Assembly (NCBI GenBank): GCA_039714075.1
Contig: JBDLKA010000076.1
Coordinates: forward strand, 1 to 18,102
Length of the DNA stretch: 18,102 nt
Direction: 5' to 3'
Origin: Candidatus Krumholzibacteriota bacterium
Lineage (GTDB): Bacteria > Krumholzibacteriota > Krumholzibacteriia > LZORAL124-64-63
Shown here: one piece after another, positions 13,803 to 18,102 of the stretch
Layout: each line of letters opens with the position of its first letter
How positions within the stretch are numbered: the stretch's first letter is position 1
Notes under the pieces: model-generated
The model's input: the letters and a program-made list of their open reading frames with translations, nothing else
What the model was told of the DNA's origin: nothing
Databases searched by the model: none
Position numbers and translations under genes: made by a program

Positions 13803-14615
13803 CTACTGGTCGAAATTTCCTTCAGTGGACTTTTCCCTGGTTCCGAAGGGAAGATGATACCGCAACCCCATGGCAAAACCCCCTTCAAATAGACTTTCCG
13901 TTGAACCAAGGCGTACGCTTAGATCCAGATCAAACCGATTCGAAAGCGGCAGGAACACCTGCTGAACAAAGCCAAGACCATCATAAAAACCGGCCGACAA
14001 TCCGGAAAACAGTCGCGCTTTGGAACCAACGGGATAGCCCATGCCAATTTTGAAATAGCCTCCCCCTGAAGCCAACGGGAGATCCTCGTTCAATGAAGTC
14101 TGGAAATTTGCCTTATGGTAGTTTCCGATACGGAGGTGAGAACTCATGGGAAGGTTGTCTGAAGAATCCCCAAAGGTGAAAGGAATTTCACTGCTCAAAT
14201 ACCCGGCCCCGATTCCGATATACTTGCTTTCCATCGCTGCATATGGGTTGTAGTAGCTGTAGGAAACCGATTGTTCATAACTATCACTTATCTGTGCCCC
14301 ATCAACATAGCTGGACAGGGGCATCCGTGCATTGGAATCCAGATTGCCGCCCCGAACGCCCAGGGCGAAAATGACACCACTTTCAGAACAGTGGCTAACC
14401 TGCACCGACCCGGCCATGTCTACGAATTTGTTTTTTTCCGACGCGATGGGATTGCCGGAGCAATCCCGAATGACCGAGACCACCTGGCCGACACCCCCAT
14501 GGGCACTGACCGTTAATTCATCGGGATGTTCCGGGTCGATCCGTATTCCGATGGGCATGACAATTATGAACAACCACAAGGTCGTCCGACGTAATTTGTA
14601 GGCAAATCCACCCAT
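13803..14615 (-). CDS. Hypothetical protein, 270 aa, possibly an outer-membrane beta-barrel
   Basis: AAGGGGG RBS, N-terminal hydrophobic stretch, Gly/aromatic alternating strands (YIGIGAGY, YFKIGMGY, FDLDLSVRLG, FAMGLRYHLPF). Confidence 0.6.
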   Translation of the reverse strand: MGGFAYKLRRTTLWLFIIVMPIGIRIDPEHPDELTVSAHGGVGQVVSVIRDCSGNPIASEKNKFVDMAGSVQVSHCSESGVIFALGVRGGNLDSNARMPLSSYVDGAQISDSYEQSVSYSYYNPYAAMESKYIGIGAGYLSSEIPFTFGDSSDNLPMSSHLRIGNYHKANFQTSLNEDLPLASGGGYFKIGMGYPVGSKARLFSGLSAGFYDGLGFVQQVFLPLSNRFDLDLSVRLGSTESLFEGGFAMGLRYHLPFGTREKSTEGNFDQ

Positions 14616-14632
14616 TATGGCCCCCTTGTTTT

Positions 14633-15502
14633 CTACTGATCACGACTCCCTTTTTGAACGCGCTTGAAGCTGTTGAATCTTGTCAATAAAGCATCGAACC
14701 CGGCTTTCTCGTGCGTGGAAAGTCCGTTCAGCCGCGAGCGATGGTCCTGCGGCTGAGGCAGGATCCGCCAGTTTTCACCTTCCAATACCAGGAAGGCTTT
14801 TTCCAGTTCATACTTTTCCGGAAAGTCCGGGGACGTCTGCTCGAAAGCACAAAGGGCCAGGCGCCCGTCAGCAATGGTTTCAACCACCCGGTTGATGATC
14901 CGGTGGTCGGCGAAAAACACCACTCCTTCCTCGACAAACCTGCTCACAGCCTTTTTCTGATCGGGGTTATGCATCAGGAACAATTCCGGTGCTTCACCGG
15001 CCTGCCCGTTCTGAAGCAGATCAAACAGATGCTGAAGAACACTATCTGCGGGACACGCGGCCATCGTCGTTGTTTCGGAGGCGGTGGGGGTTTCCTGTTC
15101 GGGGATTCCGGCCCCCTGTGCGCTGTCAACGGAACTGAAAACGGTATAATAGACAAGACCCGCTATCGACCAGAATACGATCCAGCTCAGGTGTTTTCCC
15201 TTTGATGCCGCCAGGGCCATCGCACCACTGAGAAAAAACACGGCACCGACAGTCAACAAAACCACCCGCGCCGGGTCAGCCGTTTCGCGGGAAACGGACC
15301 ACACCAGAAAACCCAGACCCCACCAGGCGACGGTTGTCAGGTGCCAGGCAAACCGAAGGGTTCTTTTGGTGAAGAAGTCACTGCCGAAAAGATGTGGAAT
15401 ACGCGAACTCCGAAACAGGCGTATCAGGATGAAGCGCTCGCCCAGGTACGAGTGGACAACTCCAATGGCGAAGCAGAGTATGGCTGCCGTCAGCAATACC
15501 AT
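14633..15502 (-). CDS. Hypothetical protein, 289 aa: ~122-aa four-TM membrane domain, linker, soluble C-terminal domain; lies directly after an attC site
   Basis: GGAGGGA RBS. 'GVVHSYLGERFILIRLF...FTKRTLRFAWHLTTVAWWG...KHLSWIVF' hydrophobic domain, then PEQETPTASETTT linker and a hydrophilic domain. Confidence 0.75.
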   Translation of the reverse strand: MVLLTAAILCFAIGVVHSYLGERFILIRLFRSSRIPHLFGSDFFTKRTLRFAWHLTTVAWWGLGFLVWSVSRETADPARVVLLTVGAVFFLSGAMALAASKGKHLSWIVFWSIAGLVYYTVFSSVDSAQGAGIPEQETPTASETTTMAACPADSVLQHLFDLLQNGQAGEAPELFLMHNPDQKKAVSRFVEEGVVFFADHRIINRVVETIADGRLALCAFEQTSPDFPEKYELEKAFLVLEGENWRILPQPQDHRSRLNGLSTHEKAGFDALLTRFNSFKRVQKGSRDQ

Positions 15503-15537
15503 TGTAAAACCATCCCTCCGGGATCCATTTCAATTCC

Positions 15538-15635
15538 AACAAACTTTGGGCCCATCCGCGAAATCGATTGGTGGGAAACTGGCGAAAGCCGGATGCGTGA
15601 CAAGCGGCTTTGTCAGGTGCAAGCTCCTGTTAGCC
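15538..15635 (-). mobile_element. Integron attC site (degenerate right half), 98 bp
   Basis: Minus strand: R'' GGCTAAC (contains the upstream gene's TAA), AGGAGC, L'' TTGCACCTGAC, 52 nt, GCGGATGGG, CCCAAA, GTTTGTT. Gap-free colinear with the attC at 16656-16753. Confidence 0.75.
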
Positions 15636-16640
15636 GTTCACAGACACTAACGCCAACTCCAGCTCATGCGCTTCGTCAGGCTGGATGCCCACCGCACGAA
15701 CCCTTCGACATGTCCCATACGGTCCTTGCACATATACCGCCTCTGAGAAAATAATCCAATGCGTAGGCGGGCCAATCAGTTTGAGATTTAGGGATTCCTT
15801 ACCAAATTCTGGTTGCTTGCTGCAAATTTCGGAAATCTCGGACCGCGAAACATCCATAGTATATCGGAGCCCACTGCGGATCAGAACACGCTTTTCGCCA
15901 ACTAGAATCGGGCGAAGCACCGTTGCGCGATAGTCGGCAACCATCCACAGTGCTCCGTATGCGGAGCTAAGAGTGAAGAGCCACGCCGCGGCCGAATTCC
16001 ACATGGAGAGCAACAAATGTACAGCGAACCCCTCAACCGCCAAAAGCACGACAAAGCCTAATACGATTCCTGCCTGACCACTTCGACGGTGGTGGGTGAA
16101 CGCTGCTGTACCTGCAAGATCGTGGGGTACCGACCGCCACGCGCCCAACGCGTAATAGAAGATTCCAATTTCGGAAGCGAATACCCCTGCTGCTCGATTG
16201 TTGCGCAACAACCCAAAGGCCGCGCTCCGGAATTGTTCAAGGGGGTCCAGGGCTACACTGCGTCGTGCTTCACGCAATGCCCTTCCGGCACGCCAAATGA
16301 TCCACCCCAACAAACCTAATTCTGCGGGGACAACAATTGCTTCAAGAAAATGTAGCGTCCGTTGGTGACCGGAAGGAAGCACTATGGAGGCTACCAGCAA
16401 GCTGGCCACTACAACGGGGGCCAACCTGAAAATGGAGTGCCCGGCCCGACGTACCAAAAGAAAGTAAAATGCCAGCGGGACCAGGATAACCATGTCAATT
16501 GTCAGCCCAATGACAACAACACCAGCGCTCTCGATGCTAGACAGCCGACTAACTACGGTCAAAGCAGTTGCATAGACCGCCGTTACGACGCCCAAGAACA
16601 ATAGGAGTGGCATACGTTGATTTGGTATGGCTTGAATCAA
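15630..16640 (-). CDS. Multi-pass membrane protein of unknown function (gene cassette), ~336 aa
   Basis: Several hydrophobic helices. Start placed at TTG 16640 (GGAGAGGG upstream) or ATG 16613, because the ORF-track extension to 16721 runs through an attC. The stop lies inside R'' of the next attC. Confidence 0.8.
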   Translation of the reverse strand: MIQAIPNQRMPLLLFLGVVTAVYATALTVVSRLSSIESAGVVVIGLTIDMVILVPLAFYFLLVRRAGHSIFRLAPVVVASLLVASIVLPSGHQRTLHFLEAIVVPAELGLLGWIIWRAGRALREARRSVALDPLEQFRSAAFGLLRNNRAAGVFASEIGIFYYALGAWRSVPHDLAGTAAFTHHRRSGQAGIVLGFVVLLAVEGFAVHLLLSMWNSAAAWLFTLSSAYGALWMVADYRATVLRPILVGEKRVLIRSGLRYTMDVSRSEISEICSKQPEFGKESLNLKLIGPPTHWIIFSEAVYVQGPYGTCRRVRAVGIQPDEAHELELALVSVNG

Positions 16641-16655
16641 AATTTTTCCCTCTCC

Positions 16656-16753
16656 GCCGGACGTTGGGTTCACCTGCAAACGTGTTTGGCACGAACCTGG
16701 CGCCAGCACGGTGAGTGCCAAGTGGCTTTGTCAGGTGGAAGCTCTTGTTCGCT
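16656..16753 (-). mobile_element. Integron attC site, 98 bp
   Basis: Minus strand: AGCGAAC, AAGAGC, TTCCACCTGAC ... TTGGCAC/GTGCCAA stem ... GCAGGTGAA, CCCAAC, GTCCGGC. L''/L' pair with extrahelical bases; R' has GTC instead of GTT. Confidence 0.85.
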
Positions 16754-16784
16754 GAACATGCCACAGCGAATTGGACAAAACCGC

Positions 16785-17078
16785 CTACCCCAGTATCGAA
16801 TCCAAGTCCTGGGCCGCGCCGAGAATGCGTGCTATTTCTACGGGCTTGCTTCCCGATATGTAAACAACCATGTAGGAATAAACTGGAAAGAACCTAACAG
16901 CCCGAGATGTCAAGTCATCGCGATAGTGCCCAGCCTCGGGATTCTCAGCCAGCAGTTGGAATACTTCAAAAAACCGAGCATGAACATCAAGCGCTGACTG
17001 GACGTTATCTGCTGCAATGTACTCCAGTATTGCATCGAAGTCGGCTTCAGCCTCATTCGAGAAAATATAATCGGACAT
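16785..17078 (-). CDS. parE: Type II toxin, RelE/ParE family, 97 aa
   Basis: 'FSNEAEADFDAILEYIAADN..A......F..LAENPEAGHYRDDL....RFFPVYSYMVVY......IARIL' ParE pattern; starts 1 nt after the antitoxin stop. Confidence 0.9.
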   Translation of the reverse strand: MSDYIFSNEAEADFDAILEYIAADNVQSALDVHARFFEVFQLLAENPEAGHYRDDLTSRAVRFFPVYSYMVVYISGSKPVEIARILGAAQDLDSILG

Positions 17079-17079
17079 A

Positions 17080-17337
17080 TCAGCTCAACCGCGAGAGCAA
17101 TTTGGCCTTGAGCTCAGCCATTACAGTTTCGCCGTCACGCAATTCGCCACGTTCAACCTGGTCAATTCCTTTTTGAATCTCGCCTCGGATAGACTGTAAC
17201 CTCGCCTCAAACAGTTGCTCCTTCTCACGCATTAGCCGAAGGCCATCACGAACGACCTCACTGACGGAGGCATAGTCGCCAGACTCGACCTTCGCGCGGA
17301 CATATTCTTCGAATTCTCGCCCAACAGAGACATTCAT
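17080..17337 (-). CDS. parD: Type II antitoxin, ParD family (ribbon-helix-helix), 85 aa
   Basis: 'MNVSV..EFEEYVRAKVESGDYASVSEVVRDGLRLM...L..IR.EIQKG' signature; GGAGG RBS before ATG 17337. Confidence 0.92.
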   Translation of the reverse strand: MNVSVGREFEEYVRAKVESGDYASVSEVVRDGLRLMREKEQLFEARLQSIRGEIQKGIDQVERGELRDGETVMAELKAKLLSRLS

Positions 17338-17369
17338 AGCCTCGCCTCCCATAGCTGATGTGTGGTCTC

Positions 17370-17408
17370 AGCATACAGCAACACGGCAACAATGTCAATT
17401 TTTGACAT
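17370..17408 (-). promoter_or_regulatory. Sigma70-type promoter of parDE with overlapping palindromic operator
   Basis: Minus strand TTGACA (17398-17393), 17-bp spacer, TATGCT (17375-17370). Palindrome ATGTCAA-N3-TTGACAT at 17392-17408 covers the -35 box. Confidence 0.8.
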
Positions 17409-17465
17409 CGGCTTGATCACCCGGCCGCCAGGCCAACGCCTTGAGAGAAGCTAACTCTTTACCCA

Positions 17466-17564
17466 ATACAATGTTGGGTTCATCTGCAAACGTGTTTGGC
17501 GGGCGCTTGGAGCACGCCAAGCGCATGCCAAATCTCGTTTGTCAGGTGGAAGCTCCTGTTAAAC
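17466..17564 (-). mobile_element. Integron attC site, 99 bp
   Basis: Minus strand: R'' GTTTAAC (perfect RYYYAAC), AGGAGC, TTCCACCTGAC, AAACG..TTTGGC..GCGCTTGG/CCAAGCGC..GCCAAA..CGTTT long stem, GCAGATGAA, CCCAAC, ATTGTAT. Begins 8 nt after the doc stop. Confidence 0.87.
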
Positions 17565-17572
17565 TGATTCCC

Positions 17573-17971
17573 TCAGTCCGTCGACTCCGTAAGGAATTTC
17601 TCAAAAAACTCAACCACTTGGTCCTTGGACAATTGACCTGAAGCAACCCCCAGGGTGAGTTCTTCAATTTCGTCGTCAGTGGCCGACAACTCGTGGCCGT
17701 TGATTAGCAAAAAGACTTCTGAAGCCGCCACAGCAACCCGCTTGTTGCCATCAACGAACGGATGATTTGCACACAGGTGAAAGTGGTATGCCGCCGCCTT
17801 GCCGGCTAAACCAGCATGAAGCTCATTGCCACCAAAAGTTGATTGCGGCATAGCCGCTGCAGATTCAAGTAATCCACGATCGCGGAGGCCTGAGTCCCCA
17901 CCGAATTCTTCAATTACACGGCGATGAACCAGCAGGACGTCGTCTACTGACAAGAAAGCTACTAGCTGCAT
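17573..17971 (-). CDS. doc: Death-on-curing (Doc/Fic family) toxin, 132 aa
   Basis: 'VLLVHRRVIEEFGGDSGLRDRGLLESA', 'KAAAY..HL..NHPFVDGNKRVA' (Doc-type HPFxDGNKR). Confidence 0.93.
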   Translation of the reverse strand: MQLVAFLSVDDVLLVHRRVIEEFGGDSGLRDRGLLESAAAMPQSTFGGNELHAGLAGKAAAYHFHLCANHPFVDGNKRVAVAASEVFLLINGHELSATDDEIEELTLGVASGQLSKDQVVEFFEKFLTESTD

Positions 17972-18102
17972 TACTGGGCCAACCGCTTCAAGACGTCCTT
18001 ACGTTTCTTGATGACGTACTCGAGCTTTTTGCTCATTTCCTCAGGGCTGACGAGGGTCGGCCGAGCCGGCGTAACGATCAGATTCCCGTCTTGGATCGTG
18101 AG
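17971..18102 (-). CDS. C-terminal 43 aa of the antitoxin paired with Doc, probably AbrB/MazE family (partial)
   Basis: My translation: LTIQDGNLIVTPARPTLVSPEEMSKKLEYVIKKRKDVLKRLAQ*. TAATG stop/start overlap with doc. 'DG.LIVTP' AbrB-like strand and 'L.RLA' end. Confidence 0.8.
   Translation of the reverse strand, partial: LTIQDGNLIVTPARPTLVSPEEMSKKLEYVIKKRKDVLKRLAQ

Noticed and set aside
16641..16764. N-terminal extension of the 363-aa ORF to 16721 and the 71-aa ORF 16549-16764
   Set aside because: Both read through the attC palindrome, so they are translation of a recombination site rather than genes.
15538..17564. The three repeats as a CRISPR array, REP elements or IS ends
   Set aside because: They are spaced by whole genes, ~98 bp long with R/L box architecture, and there is no cas or transposase gene; attC fits better.

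Overview
The window has two parts. Left (1-13760, GC-rich): the partial N-terminus of a probable HNH/DUF222-like protein, a secreted PGAM5-like histidine phosphatase, a DUF302 protein, a five-gene minus-strand operon (12798->1645) and a divergent small outer-membrane beta-barrel gene. The operon encodes four exported DUF11 (TIGR01451-type Ig-like) proteins and a ~1970-aa DUF11 + OmpA-peptidoglycan-binding + large beta-barrel protein. All four smaller proteins end abruptly after the '[ST]F.v.i' strand of their C-terminal DUF11. The missing 'GT.I.N.A...Y...SN.V' segment appears instead at the mature N-terminus of two of them and of the barrel protein. The donor/acceptor pattern is: barrel protein donor only; 329-aa and 362-aa proteins donor plus acceptor; beta-helix protein acceptor only; 157-aa protein acceptor lacking the Lys/Asp residues. 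I infer a donor-strand-complemented, possibly isopeptide-crosslinked pilus/fibre system; this is untested. Right (13800-18102, visibly less GC-rich): a decaying minus-strand integron cassette array with three colinear 98-99 bp attC sites. It carries an AbrB-type antitoxin/Doc pair, a ParD/ParE pair with its own sigma70 promoter, and membrane-protein cassettes, one of them apparently fused to a second domain. No integrase is present in the window. Family assignments come from motif recognition only; no searches were run.
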